Of a stretch of 64,000 nucleotides of DNA, positions 1 through 8,744 are shown one piece after another. The stretch is from Patescibacteria group bacterium. Lineage in GTDB: Bacteria; Patescibacteriota; Patescibacteriia; UBA9570. The position numbers and the translations under genes were made by a program. The stretch covers positions 43,969 through 107,968 of the forward strand of contig JBAZWO010000001.1 in assembly GCA_041660305.1 (NCBI GenBank), in the 5' to 3' direction. The first letter of the stretch is position 1. Each line of letters opens with the position of its first letter. The notes below the pieces were generated by a model, which made no database searches, was not told the DNA's origin, and worked only from the letters and a program-made list of their open reading frames with translations.

Positions 1-453
1 AATGCTTGTTTCGGCTGGTAATAACTGTTTTATATTATCCAATGCTTCAAGAAATTGTTTATAATTATTAGCTATACGATGTTTGTTGATCACATAACCT
101 TGAGTAATATATTGGCGCAATACTGTACTGGCCCATTGGCGAAAAATAATAGCTTTAGCTGAGTTTGCTCTATAACCAACGGCCAAGATAATATCTAACG
201 AGTAAAATTTTATTGGTTTATCCGAATTTGCAATGTGCAATTTTTGCACATTGCTTTTTTCATTAACTTCACGATTTTTGAAGATATTTTTAATATGTTT
301 AGTAACCACCGAGCGCTCAACATTAAAAATATCAGCAATTTGTGCCTGATTTGCCCAAATGGTATCTTTATCAACATCGCCCCGTAACTGAATAGCCCCG
401 GTTTTGGTTTGATAAATAACCACGTTATTGTTTAACAACTTTTTTTGCTTCAT
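1..453 (-). CDS. RhuM-family protein, N-terminal part (3' end runs off the window start)
   Basis: Not in the ORF track because it is open at the window edge. Reverse translation from ATG at 453 gives MKQKKLLNNNVVIYQTKTGAIQLRGDVDKDTIWANQAQIADIFNVERSVVTKH...YSLDIILAVGYRANS..FRQWA. This is collinear with the full-length RhuM-like ORF at 4880..5926. Confidence 0.6.
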   Translation of the reverse strand, partial: MKQKKLLNNNVVIYQTKTGAIQLRGDVDKDTIWANQAQIADIFNVERSVVTKHIKNIFKNREVNEKSNVQKLHIANSDKPIKFYSLDIILAVGYRANSAKAIIFRQWASTVLRQYITQGYVINKHRIANNYKQFLEALDNIKQLLPAETSI

Positions 454-490
454 ACTTGTTTATTTTACTCCAAAAATAGTGGTTTGGCTA
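281..490. repeat. Copy 1 of a ~210-nt duplicated segment (RhuM 5' coding end plus upstream leader)
   Basis: Near-identical by eye to 1086..1294, including ...gtttagtaaccaccga(g/a)cgctcaacatt...cagcaatttgtgcctgatttgcccaaa...aaaaatagtggtttggcta. Confidence 0.8.
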
Positions 491-717
491 GACGCAACAC
501 ACTATTGTAGCGAATCAGTGTTCGGCTTCAATAAATTATTTTGTTTTAGACTGATTTAATTCTTGCTCTGCCCATTTGGCATAATCTAAAATAAGATTAA
601 TTTCTTCCAAGGTTAGTTGGCAAATGCGTCTTACAAGCTTACTTAGCTTATTTACATAATAAAATAATTTTGCTATATTTTATTGTTACTTTATACATAT
701 AAAATTACCTGTAAAAT

Positions 718-966
718 ATGAAACATTCTGAACAATTAGAAAAACAACTTAAAAAATTAACCCAGCAACTAGATAAAAAGCTTTCGTTTAAACGCAGTTT
801 TTTAATGGCCATTATTAATGGCTTAGGCTATGCCATAGGTGCCGGTATTGTTGCTAGTATTGTTATTGCCGTTTTAAGTTGGACAATTCATTCAGTGCAA
901 GATGTGCCTATTTTAAATAAAATAGTTAATTCTACGCCTTTAGATGAATCTGTTTTAAATAAATAA
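718..966 (+). CDS. small hypothetical membrane protein
   Basis: 82-aa ORF with a coiled N-terminus and one hydrophobic helix (FLMAIINGLGYAIGAGIVASIVIAVLSW). No family assigned. Confidence 0.4.
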   Translation: MKHSEQLEKQLKKLTQQLDKKLSFKRSFLMAIINGLGYAIGAGIVASIVIAVLSWTIHSVQDVPILNKIVNSTPLDESVLNK

Positions 967-1258
967 TTAATAATATTACAAAAATAATATCCAAATTATA
1001 AAATTGCACTTGATAAGTTTTTCCATCATTTCCAGTATGTGCAAAATTTGCACATACTGAACGCTTGTCTAGTTCTTTATCTTTCAAGATATTTCTAACA
1101 TGTTTAGTAACCACCGAACGCTCAACATTAAATATATCAGCAATTTGTGCCTGATTTGCCCAAACGGTATCTTTATCAACATCCCCTCGCAACTGAATAG
1201 CACCCGTTTTGGTTTGATAAATTACTACGTTATTGTTCGGTAGTTTCTTTGGCTTCAT
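932..1258 (-). pseudogene. truncated RhuM paralog (N-terminal ~90 aa only)
   Basis: MKPKKLPNNNVVIYQTKTGAIQLRGDVDKDTVWANQAQIADIFNVERSVVTKH matches the other two RhuM N-termini. Similarity ends after ..YQVQFYNLDII, and an unrelated tail follows to the stop. Confidence 0.5.
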
Positions 1259-1294
1259 GTTACTTATTTTACTACAAAAATAGTGGTTTGGCTA
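1086..1294. repeat. Copy 2 of the ~210-nt duplicated RhuM 5' segment
   Basis: See 281..490. Confidence 0.8.
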
Positions 1295-1333
1295 CTGCAA
1301 AAGAACAGTTAGTGATTAAGGTGGCTCGGCAGG

Positions 1334-1960
1334 TTATTGTTTATCCGCAAATATCACTAGCCGTTTGGAATAACTTTTGGCAATCGCATTCCAGTCACCT
1401 TCACAGGTAATTAGGTTAAGGTGTGATTTGCCGTCGTCTGAGGTAAACACCTCTGGAGCGTCGGCCTGTGGATCATAACTCCGACTGGAGCGCACCACGA
1501 AGGCGATGCGGACTCCGGCGTCATCTTCAACATAAATTACATCACCAGGTTTTAAAGTGTGTAAATCATCAAATACTGATCCTCGTCCATTTTTTTTCCA
1601 TACCCCGTAATGTCCGGCAATCACCGCGCTACCAGTTTCCCCTGGGCGCTGCCCTAACTGATACCAGACCACATCGTCTTGATTTTTTGGTACATCCATG
1701 GCTCCAGTAGCGGTGAGGCCAACATTTTTTATAGCCGCGTCCACTGTAATCGCTGGAATAATAAGACGTACCGGCTGGCCTGGACGATCTGGAACAGGCT
1801 CAACATTTGTACTATGCTCAACAATAACTGATGGCGCAGTGTCGTTGTGACGTAAGCGTAGTTGAAGACAATAGTACAATACTACTACAGACAAAACTAT
1901 CCCTATGAAGATCAGTAGCACTAGGCTTCGACCATAGATGTGATTAGATGGAGCGTACAC
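1334..1960 (-). CDS. sortase-family transpeptidase
   Basis: N-terminal TM anchor. The catalytic-domain pattern reads RLIIPAITVDAAI...VIAGH...LKPGDVIYV...HLNLITCEG (TLxTC-type Cys motif). The gene lies immediately downstream of a protein with a sorting signal. Confidence 0.8.
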   Translation of the reverse strand: MYAPSNHIYGRSLVLLIFIGIVLSVVVLYYCLQLRLRHNDTAPSVIVEHSTNVEPVPDRPGQPVRLIIPAITVDAAIKNVGLTATGAMDVPKNQDDVVWYQLGQRPGETGSAVIAGHYGVWKKNGRGSVFDDLHTLKPGDVIYVEDDAGVRIAFVVRSSRSYDPQADAPEVFTSDDGKSHLNLITCEGDWNAIAKSYSKRLVIFADKQ

Positions 1961-1963
1961 ACT

Positions 1964-3652
1964 CTATGGCGTGCGTTTTCTTATAGCAACGACCACTAAA
2001 GTTGAAATTAATAGGAAGCTGCTAGCAATGATGAAATTCCAAGGGCTATTTTTTTCAGCCGGATCTAATCCTGTATCTGGAAAATCGGGAATTCGGTGAT
2101 TAATATTGGTGGAGTTAGTGCTATTAGTATTAGTTGTAGTATCGGTGTTAGTATTGGTGTTAGTATTAGTTGTAGTATCGGTGTTTGTATCGGTGTTAGT
2201 ATTAGTTGTAGTATCAGTGTTAGTATTGGTGTTAGTATTGGTGTTAGTATCGGCAGTGCCTTCAGCCACCGTTACTACTGCGAAATCGATAACGGTAAAA
2301 CCATTGGCGCTACCTTCGGCCGTAGCGGTATTGGTAGTTATGCCAGTGAGATCTGTTGTACAAGTATATGTCCAGGTTTCTGAAACATTCAGCGTATCAC
2401 TGCCATTAGTATCACCGGAAACATAAGTTACCGGGCTACACTTATTATCAACCACACTCACATTCGTTAAAGCCACTGTGCCAGGATTAGTGACGGTATA
2501 GGTGTAGGTTACTGGTCCGCCGCCATTAGGAATAGTGAATGTGTCGGGCGTTTTAACAACATGGATTAATGGTGGTGTTATAGGTACACCAACCACCACT
2601 GTAGCATTGGCCGTATCAGTGGTACTAAAACCATTAGCTTCACCTGTCGCCGTTACTGTATTGGTAAGAGTTTTTGCGACAGTTCTGGTACAATTATAGT
2701 TCCAAGTTTCCGTCAAATCAAGAATGTCATCACTATTAGCATCACCGGATACAAAGTCTACAGTATCACATTTATTATCAGTTACCATAACATTATTAAT
2801 GGCGACTGTGCCAATATTTGTTACGGTATAATCGTAGGTCACTGAACCAGATCCATCCGGCAAAGCTAGCGGCGTAGGCACTTTTTCAACGCTAATTAAT
2901 GGCGGAACTAGTGTTTCTGTCGGAGTGGGAGTTGTGGTCGTGGGAGGCACTACACAGGTTGCCCTGGTAATAACGTTGGTGTCTAAGGTCACCGCGCCAT
3001 TGCGCGCTAATACTCTACCTTCTACAGCGGCACCAGTCGTGAGTGTAGCAGACGTTAAAGCCAAAATATTACCTTTGAAAGTGGAGTTGGCTCCTAGAGT
3101 CGCGGAACTGCCAACCTGCCAAAACACGTTACAGGCTTGGGCACCATTAGTGAGAACCACAACGCTAGAACCGCCTGTGATAAGCGTGGATGCTGTCTGA
3201 AAGATAAAGACCGCATCGGGGTTACCTTCAGCATCAAGCGTTAGAGTATTTGTTAATCCAAATGTACCGTTCGCTGAATTATAGATACCGGCGGTTTTTG
3301 TTGTTCCGCCAAGCTCCGTAGACACTGTCGACACCGGGGTTTGTCCAACGGCGTCATTGTAGGCTGTGATTAAATCAGTTTTCGCTTGCACAGCCGTTGT
3401 ATCAGCCACATGTTGCGTCCCATTGAGTGTGCCAGGCGGAAAACCAGTGACCGAACTGCCTGGACTTAAACCCAGATCTCCGGTAATCACGCTCGAACCT
3501 GTATTTGTGACTGTAGAGCCCCCTAAAATAGCAAAATTATCAGTTGAACCAAGATCAACTGTCGTAACGGCTTGAACTTGATTCAATCCAATTAAATTAA
3601 ATATAAAAACAGTAGCTAAAATAGCCACTGACAATTTTTTAAGTACTTTCAT
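1964..3652 (-). CDS. cell-surface protein: ice-binding-like (DUF3494-type) beta-solenoid, two repeated Ig-like modules, TN/TD low-complexity stalk and FPDTG sorting signal
   Basis: Signal peptide, then the DUF3494-like block. This block reads LGSTDNFAILGGSTVTNTG.SVITGDLGLSPGSSVTGFPPG...AVFIFQ..STL...CNVFWQVGSSATLG..S.F.GNILA..S.T...A.V.GR.LA.NGAVTL. It is followed by two copies of VTY.YTVTN.GTVA..NV.V.DNKC..V..VSGD...D..L...ETW.Y.CT. The C-terminus is IPDFPDTG plus a hydrophobic helix plus RKRTP. Confidence 0.75.
   Translation of the reverse strand: MKVLKKLSVAILATVFIFNLIGLNQVQAVTTVDLGSTDNFAILGGSTVTNTGSSVITGDLGLSPGSSVTGFPPGTLNGTQHVADTTAVQAKTDLITAYNDAVGQTPVSTVSTELGGTTKTAGIYNSANGTFGLTNTLTLDAEGNPDAVFIFQTASTLITGGSSVVVLTNGAQACNVFWQVGSSATLGANSTFKGNILALTSATLTTGAAVEGRVLARNGAVTLDTNVITRATCVVPPTTTTPTPTETLVPPLISVEKVPTPLALPDGSGSVTYDYTVTNIGTVAINNVMVTDNKCDTVDFVSGDANSDDILDLTETWNYNCTRTVAKTLTNTVTATGEANGFSTTDTANATVVVGVPITPPLIHVVKTPDTFTIPNGGGPVTYTYTVTNPGTVALTNVSVVDNKCSPVTYVSGDTNGSDTLNVSETWTYTCTTDLTGITTNTATAEGSANGFTVIDFAVVTVAEGTADTNTNTNTNTNTDTTTNTNTDTNTDTTTNTNTNTNTDTTTNTNSTNSTNINHRIPDFPDTGLDPAEKNSPWNFIIASSFLLISTLVVVAIRKRTP
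2115..2255. repeat. imperfect tandem repeat encoding the (T-N/T-D)n stalk
   Basis: Reiterated ggtgttagtatt / agttgtagtatc units. These translate on the minus strand as DTNTNTNTNTNTDTTTNTNTDTNTDTTTNTNTNTNTDTTTN. Confidence 0.8.
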
Positions 3653-3887
3653 ATTTTCCTCCTAAATATTATAAATTAAATAAAGTTAATGAACTCAATA
3701 TTACTAGCGTTTAGTTTATCACCTTTATCAGAGCTAAGCTAGTACGAGACAACGCTCTGTTGATAACTGATTCAATATTGAATTTAGCTTATTACAGTTT
3801 ACTACCTAGTATCACTCACGGTATTTTTATTAGTAATTATAGTTATTTTTTTCAGTGGGGAAGATTGTATTTTTACTTTGACTGGAA

Positions 3888-4439
3888 TTATTGATGATCA
3901 ACCGTATTAACGACTTCCGTTGGGTCAGTCGGCTTACCTAACTTGAAAATTTTCATAATACCCCAGGCGATAACGATATAGACGATGGCCGCCACTAAGG
4001 TTGACCACTCGAAAAAGGAAGTGGTTTCCACTCCTAAAGTTGTGGAAGCCTGAAAAATATTCGCAAATGGACTGGCAAACGGCGTGCTTATGATATAGAC
4101 CAGTTGTGTAAATCCCGCATCAGGGTTTGCGCCCAGGAATTTGAGCACAAATCGGAAGCCAAGAATAATTTCAATAAAGCCAAAAATATACCAAATGATT
4201 TGGTAAGCGTGAAAAAGCGTTTTTTTCTGATCGTACTCTTTAGCTGCACTAGGCGTGGCGCCAACAGTGCGTTCAGTTTTCGTGGACTGACTCGTTGGTG
4301 TCGACGTTGATGTTGCAACCGTTTGGGCTAGTTGGGTTGGCCCAACTGCGGTACTCTTTCTTATTGTTTGTTCGGAATTGGCATCCGAAACTTTGGTCAG
4401 CTCATCTTCACTGCGTGATGGGACAAGATTAGAATTCAT
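3888..4439 (-). CDS. YggT-like integral membrane protein with a low-complexity N-terminus
   Basis: The C-terminal half reads YQIIWYIFGFIEIILGFRFVLKFLGANP..FTQLVYIISTPFASPFANIF plus a second helix. This resembles YggT-family repeats from memory. Confidence 0.5.
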   Translation of the reverse strand: MNSNLVPSRSEDELTKVSDANSEQTIRKSTAVGPTQLAQTVATSTSTPTSQSTKTERTVGATPSAAKEYDQKKTLFHAYQIIWYIFGFIEIILGFRFVLKFLGANPDAGFTQLVYIISTPFASPFANIFQASTTLGVETTSFFEWSTLVAAIVYIVIAWGIMKIFKLGKPTDPTEVVNTVDHQ

Positions 4440-4486
4440 ATGGGTTTTTAGGTTAACTTAGAAGCTTAGCTATATACAATAATGCT

Positions 4487-4735
4487 CTAACGTTTGATTA
4501 ATTTTATAATACCCAACAACACTACTGCGCCAAGCAAAGCGACTAAAAAACTATACCAGTTAAAACCAATGGCACTACTTTTACCTAGCCAACTCATTAG
4601 CACCCCGCCAATTATTGCTCCAATAATACCTACTACAATATTTAGTAGTAAGCCCTGTTTAGCGTTCGTACCCATAATCATGGAAGCGATCCAGCCGACC
4701 AGCCCTCCAAAAATGATCCAAAGTAATATACCCAT
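4487..4735 (-). CDS. GlsB/YeaQ/YmgE-family stress membrane protein
   Basis: The 82-aa sequence MGILLWIIFGGLVGWIASMIMG....GLLLNIVVGIIGAIIGGVLMSWLG is the typical transglycosylase-associated (GlsB/YeaQ) pattern. Confidence 0.8.
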   Translation of the reverse strand: MGILLWIIFGGLVGWIASMIMGTNAKQGLLLNIVVGIIGAIIGGVLMSWLGKSSAIGFNWYSFLVALLGAVVLLGIIKLIKR

Positions 4736-4818
4736 AATAATTGTGGTAAATAATTAGTACTTTAAGTGTACTCTGATTAATGTAATAACGCTATAAAATA
4801 CTGCTCCATGCCATTTTC

Positions 4819-4875
4819 ATCTTTGATGGTGATATTGGTTTTGAGAGTTGTTTTCATAGTATTATTTTTAAAATA
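4819..4875 (-). repeat. direct repeat A flanking RhuM (encodes the MKTTLKTNITIKD... remnant)
   Basis: The minus-strand ATG at 4857 opens the 26-codon ORF MKTTLKTNITIKDENGMEQYFIALLH. Its first 39 nt and the A/T-rich leader match 5948..6003. Confidence 0.7.
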
Positions 4876-4879
4876 AAAA

Positions 4880-5926
4880 TTAATTACTCATTTTTTTCTC
4901 TACTTTTTTTTCTAGCAATTTAATATTTTCCAGATAGGCTTTTTCAACGGGAGAGAGCGTTTTAGCTTGAAATTTTTTATATTCATTTTCTGCTTTTTCT
5001 ATGGCTTTTTTATGTGTTATTTTTCCAGCATCAATCAATATCCCTTTGCCGTAATCAGAAAGTAATTTATCTAAAGATGCAATATGATCTGTCATATGCA
5101 TTACTTGCTGATCCATAGCACGCAATTCTGTCAATTCAAAATATGCCGAAACAAGTCTGTTTAACTTTTCCAATTCTTTCGCAGATAAATAATTTTTAGC
5201 AATTCTCACTTCTTCTAACACAGGTAAATCTCCCTCAAAAACCGTCAAACCCATAAATTCTTTATTGCTATCAGCACGGTTGTATATGACTTCCGACGCT
5301 GTTTGTTTATGCGCAGCATAGTGCAATTTGTTTTGCACGATTTTAAAAAACTTAATTGAATGTAGAGATTTTGGATCATAATCCACGCTGGTGGCATAAA
5401 GATCTAAAACTTGTCTATACAACATTTTTTCACTAGAGCGAATATCCCGAATACGAGATAAAAGCTTTTTCCAGTATAAGCCGCCGCCATTGTTTTTCAA
5501 AAATTCATCATTCATGCTGAACCCTTGAATTAAATATTCACGAAGTCTCGCCGTGGCCCATTGGCGAAACTTTGTGCCCTGTATGGATTTCACTCGATAA
5601 CCGACAGAAATAATTGCATCTAGACTATAATGTTTTACTATATTTTCTTGAGTTTTCCCCTGAATTGCTCCATGTTCTGCGGTTCGTCGGAAATCCCGAC
5701 ATACCACTTTTTCATCCAATTCTCTCTCTTTAAAAATATTTTGAATATGTTCAGTGATGGTAGATCTGCCTTTACCGAAAAGTGCCGCCATTTGTGTCTG
5801 CGTAAGCCACACTGTCTCACCCTCAACACGCACCTCAATACCAGGCGCCCCATCCGCACCTTCATAGATAATTATCTCGCCGGAATTATTGTTATTTGTT
5901 GTATTATTTTTATCTTTTTTATTCAT
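4880..5926 (-). CDS. RhuM-family protein (full length)
   Basis: 348 aa. Reads ..VWLTQTQMAALFGKGRSTITEHIQNIFKERELDE..VCRDFR.TA.....K......YSLDAIISVGYRVKS..GT.FRQWATARLREYLIQGF..ND..LKN. Confidence 0.8.
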   Translation of the reverse strand: MNKKDKNNTTNNNNSGEIIIYEGADGAPGIEVRVEGETVWLTQTQMAALFGKGRSTITEHIQNIFKERELDEKVVCRDFRRTAEHGAIQGKTQENIVKHYSLDAIISVGYRVKSIQGTKFRQWATARLREYLIQGFSMNDEFLKNNGGGLYWKKLLSRIRDIRSSEKMLYRQVLDLYATSVDYDPKSLHSIKFFKIVQNKLHYAAHKQTASEVIYNRADSNKEFMGLTVFEGDLPVLEEVRIAKNYLSAKELEKLNRLVSAYFELTELRAMDQQVMHMTDHIASLDKLLSDYGKGILIDAGKITHKKAIEKAENEYKKFQAKTLSPVEKAYLENIKLLEKKVEKKMSN

Positions 5927-5947
5927 ATATTTTTACTTGTCGCAAAT

Positions 5948-6003
5948 ATCTTTGATAGTGATGGTGGTTTTTAGGGTTGTTTTCATATTTTTTAAAATAC
6001 TGT
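5948..6003 (-). repeat. direct repeat B flanking RhuM (encodes the MKTTLKTTITIKDICDK remnant)
   Basis: The minus-strand ATG at 5986 opens a 17-codon ORF that stops at 5933, 6 nt before the RhuM ATG (5926). About 34 of the first 39 nt are identical to copy A. Confidence 0.7.
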
Positions 6004-6292
6004 TTCTTTATTCCCAAATCTTCGTTTTTCGGTAATAATATTCGGTCTTCTTTCAAAATTTCGTAAATTAGCCATTCCAATCAATCCCATTACAAAATTA
6101 TTTTTTGTGTCCTCTATGATCGCATCTGCTATCGCGACATCGTTGCTTATAACATTTAATTTTCCTTTTGGTTTTTCAGTAAGTTTTTCTCTTGTAATTT
6201 TTGCTACGTCTTCATTTTCAATAATAATTTTAAAATAAATTAAGCCGCAGCTTCATTGGTATATTGATGAAAATTTTATTTTGTTTAGACAT
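5992..6292 (-). pseudogene. possible frameshifted small gene (unknown family)
   Basis: ATG at 6292 gives MSKQNKIFINIPMKLRLNLF then a stop. An overlapping frame without a start continues for ~80 codons (..IIIENEDVAKITREKLTEKPKGKLNVISNDVAIADAIIEDTKNNFVMGLIGMANLRNFERR..) to a stop at 5992. Confidence 0.3.
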
Positions 6293-6428
6293 AATCTACC
6301 TAGATAATACCCTAAAAAAGACGTTTCGTCAATCGCTAAATTATTCTGATACCACTGAGTTAGGTGCGCGAAGCTGGCAAAAATTCCTTCCCCCTTTACC
6401 CCCGTGACTCCAGATTTTAAGCATATAT

Positions 6429-7568
6429 TCAAGACAATTTTCCTTTAGAAAAATTTTCAAGATTTTTTGCCAAATCCGTCAAAATGTCCAATAATAAGAC
6501 TACACTATAGACGTCATGTGGTGCAGCCAAAGATCCTACATAGTTATTTTTATAATATAATTTATTTTGTTTTAAAGAAATGTGAACGCCCCTATTATAA
6601 CTAAATAGTTTTTGCTGTAAATAATGTGGTACATTGTCGCTAGTTATTCCTTGAGTGATAAAGCGATCTTGAAAAGTGGTCGGCTTATTTTTATATTCTT
6701 CACGCTCTTGAATGTTGAAATCAGGAAAATTTTTCATATTTTTTAATTCCACATAACATTCTCCCACATTAGCGGCCGTGCTCGGTATAGAAACAGAAAA
6801 GATGCGTGAACTTTTTGTTGTAAAAGAGGCAGTATAATTATATAATACTTTTTTATCATGATATAAACCAGACATCACAAATGAAGAATTAATGATATTA
6901 GCATCAATGAAAAAATTTGAAGCAAATTTTGCAGTAATGCTAAAATCGGTAGTTAAATTAGTTTGCGGCTCACACGCATTCAATTGCTTAAGAATAGGAT
7001 CTATGGATGATTTTATATCTTCATTTACATCATAATTTACCGCCCGGAACATACGTTTTTGTAAATAAAAAGCCAGAGGAATAACAATAGCTGCGGCTAA
7101 ATATCCAAAATTAAAATTACTTAGCAACATTTTCGTTTTAACGGGAAGTAATACAAGAACTCCAATTCCCAAAATCTGTACTAAAAATAGTATATGTGCT
7201 TTTTTAATCTCTTGTTGTACTTTGGATGTTTTAAATTTTTTTTGCGTATCTTCTTGAGCTGGAACAACCACGTGCAGAAACCTTTTTTGAAAAGATATTT
7301 TATCTTGAGCATATAATTTTTGTTCTGGCATTTTGCCTTTTTTATATTTATGCTCAAAAAAAATTTTAACTATAGCGATGATGATAAAAACAATCACTGC
7401 GAAAATAAGCGGCATAAAATAACCTAAATTATTCTCTAGGCTATAAATAGCTGTGTGGCTACTTAAAAATAGAGATAGAGATATAGTTCCTATTACTAAA
7501 ACTAATGCCACAATAATAAAAATAGCCACATATTTATTCATTGGATTTTGAAAACGATTGTCTATCAT
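6429..7568 (-). CDS. hypothetical multi-pass membrane protein
   Basis: 379-aa ORF with four clear hydrophobic helices in the N-terminal half. No recognisable motif. Confidence 0.5.
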   Translation of the reverse strand: MIDNRFQNPMNKYVAIFIIVALVLVIGTISLSLFLSSHTAIYSLENNLGYFMPLIFAVIVFIIIAIVKIFFEHKYKKGKMPEQKLYAQDKISFQKRFLHVVVPAQEDTQKKFKTSKVQQEIKKAHILFLVQILGIGVLVLLPVKTKMLLSNFNFGYLAAAIVIPLAFYLQKRMFRAVNYDVNEDIKSSIDPILKQLNACEPQTNLTTDFSITAKFASNFFIDANIINSSFVMSGLYHDKKVLYNYTASFTTKSSRIFSVSIPSTAANVGECYVELKNMKNFPDFNIQEREEYKNKPTTFQDRFITQGITSDNVPHYLQQKLFSYNRGVHISLKQNKLYYKNNYVGSLAAPHDVYSVVLLLDILTDLAKNLENFSKGKLS

Positions 7569-8071
7569 ATTTTACTTAAATTCATAATTAATGATTTTCC
7601 TTCGTCATACTTACCAATTGATTGTGCTATTAATGGAAACCATAATCTATTCGTCAATAATATCAAACCGAATGTTGGCAATATGAATAAAAACAATCTT
7701 GTTATATCTATTTTTTTCACTTTGATATCTTTATAATCTACTAATCGTATAGCTAATTCAGCTATATATTACAATATTTATTCCAAAAATTCCAATTATG
7801 CTTTTACTGCAGGTTATGAAATATAAAAACCATTATATATTGACGGTTTTGTAAATGGCAGGCATGGTAGCACAGCTTTCGAACTTTCGACTGGAAGAAA
7901 GCGTTGCCTACGCCTGAGTTGGTTATTAAACACGTTAGTGAGTTATGTGCGTTGGTATAGCTAAAAAGCGGTTTAGTAGATAGTTGTATGGATTAAATTT
8001 GACAGAGGCTACCATTCAGCTAAGATTGATCAGCTTTTTTACAATTCACCCTGTTTTTTGAAAGGCAAGCC

Positions 8072-8347
8072 ATGGAATGGCCAATCAAAAGGCTAACTTT
8101 TTCGTTCTATGAAAATTCAGGAACGCCCGATGGTATTGTCGCCTTCGGGACAGTGAAAAAAGTTGAACGAGACAATGTGATTTACTACGCCATACAGGAT
8201 GGTGGTTTGTGGCATCATCCTGAGCTACAGTCTTATGTGGGAACTGTGGTGGGCATAAACCTCAATCTCGAACAACGACGGCTTGAGGTAGTAAGTTGGC
8301 CGCAACAACAATTTCTTCGGGCCTTGGCAGAGGAACTACTCAACTAG
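8072..8347 (+). CDS. hypothetical protein
   Basis: 91-aa ORF in the GC-rich block. No recognisable motif. Confidence 0.4.
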   Translation: MEWPIKRLTFSFYENSGTPDGIVAFGTVKKVERDNVIYYAIQDGGLWHHPELQSYVGTVVGINLNLEQRRLEVVSWPQQQFLRALAEELLN

Positions 8348-8364
8348 ATTTTGATGAGGTGTCC

Positions 8365-8532
8365 ATGGAAGGCTTTGTGCTGCTAGTGATCCTGCTGGTC
8401 ACTGGCTATATCTTGCGCCGTTTCCTCTGGGGAACGGCAAAGGGGTGTTTTTTCCTCTTCGTTTTTTTTCTTTTCTGTATGGCAGCTCTGGGGCTTTTGC
8501 TCCACAACTGTGCCGCCAACTTGGGCCATTAA
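8365..8532 (+). CDS. hypothetical small two-helix membrane protein
   Basis: In-frame ATG at 8365 preceded by tgatGAGGtgtcc. Encodes MEGFVLLVILLVTGYILRRFLWG...FFLFVFFLFCMAALGLLL. Confidence 0.25.
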   Translation: MEGFVLLVILLVTGYILRRFLWGTAKGCFFLFVFFLFCMAALGLLLHNCAANLGH

Positions 8533-8744
8533 TGGCCTGTCGCTCTTGGAGGCCTTAGCTCCGCCCGCCTGAATCCTCTATGTCTACGAGGACACCATTC
8601 AGGCCTTTCCCAGTGTTCATCTTTAAAAATAAAAAGGTGACTAGCGGGATATAAAACAAAGAAGACCCGACGAAGCGCAGACATGTGTCTTCTTCGCGGG
8701 TCTTTGGCCCATCACGGGCGTTGTTCCAGTTCATGGAACCCTCC

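Noticed and set aside
535-660. Minus-strand open frame ...KLSKLVRRICQLTLEEINLILDYAKWAEQELNQSKTK between the first RhuM copy and the small membrane gene
   Set aside because: There is no start codon in frame (a TAA lies upstream) and no RBS. It is probably a remnant or a chance frame.
2096-3575. Plus-strand ORFs 2096..2383, 2106..2426, 2925..3200 and 3366..3575
   Set aside because: They are antisense shadows of the IBP-like gene and its tandem repeat, which explains the valine/serine-rich low-complexity peptides. The many short ORFs antisense to the 7.5-kb giant gene and to ftsZ, nrdJ, thiP and other genes were rejected for the same reason.
3771-3790. 14-nt perfect palindrome ATTCAATATTGAAT upstream of the IBP-sortase operon
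   Set aside because: It is a single A/T-rich palindrome in an A/T-rich spacer, with no second copy and no adjacent regulator. It is noted but not strong enough to call an operator.
7848-7870. tggcagg at ~7856, considered as a possible partial tRNA-Trp 3'-end repeat marking the far end of an island
   Set aside because: Only 7 nt match the tRNA 3' end, which is far too short to distinguish from chance. No integrase is present to support an att site.
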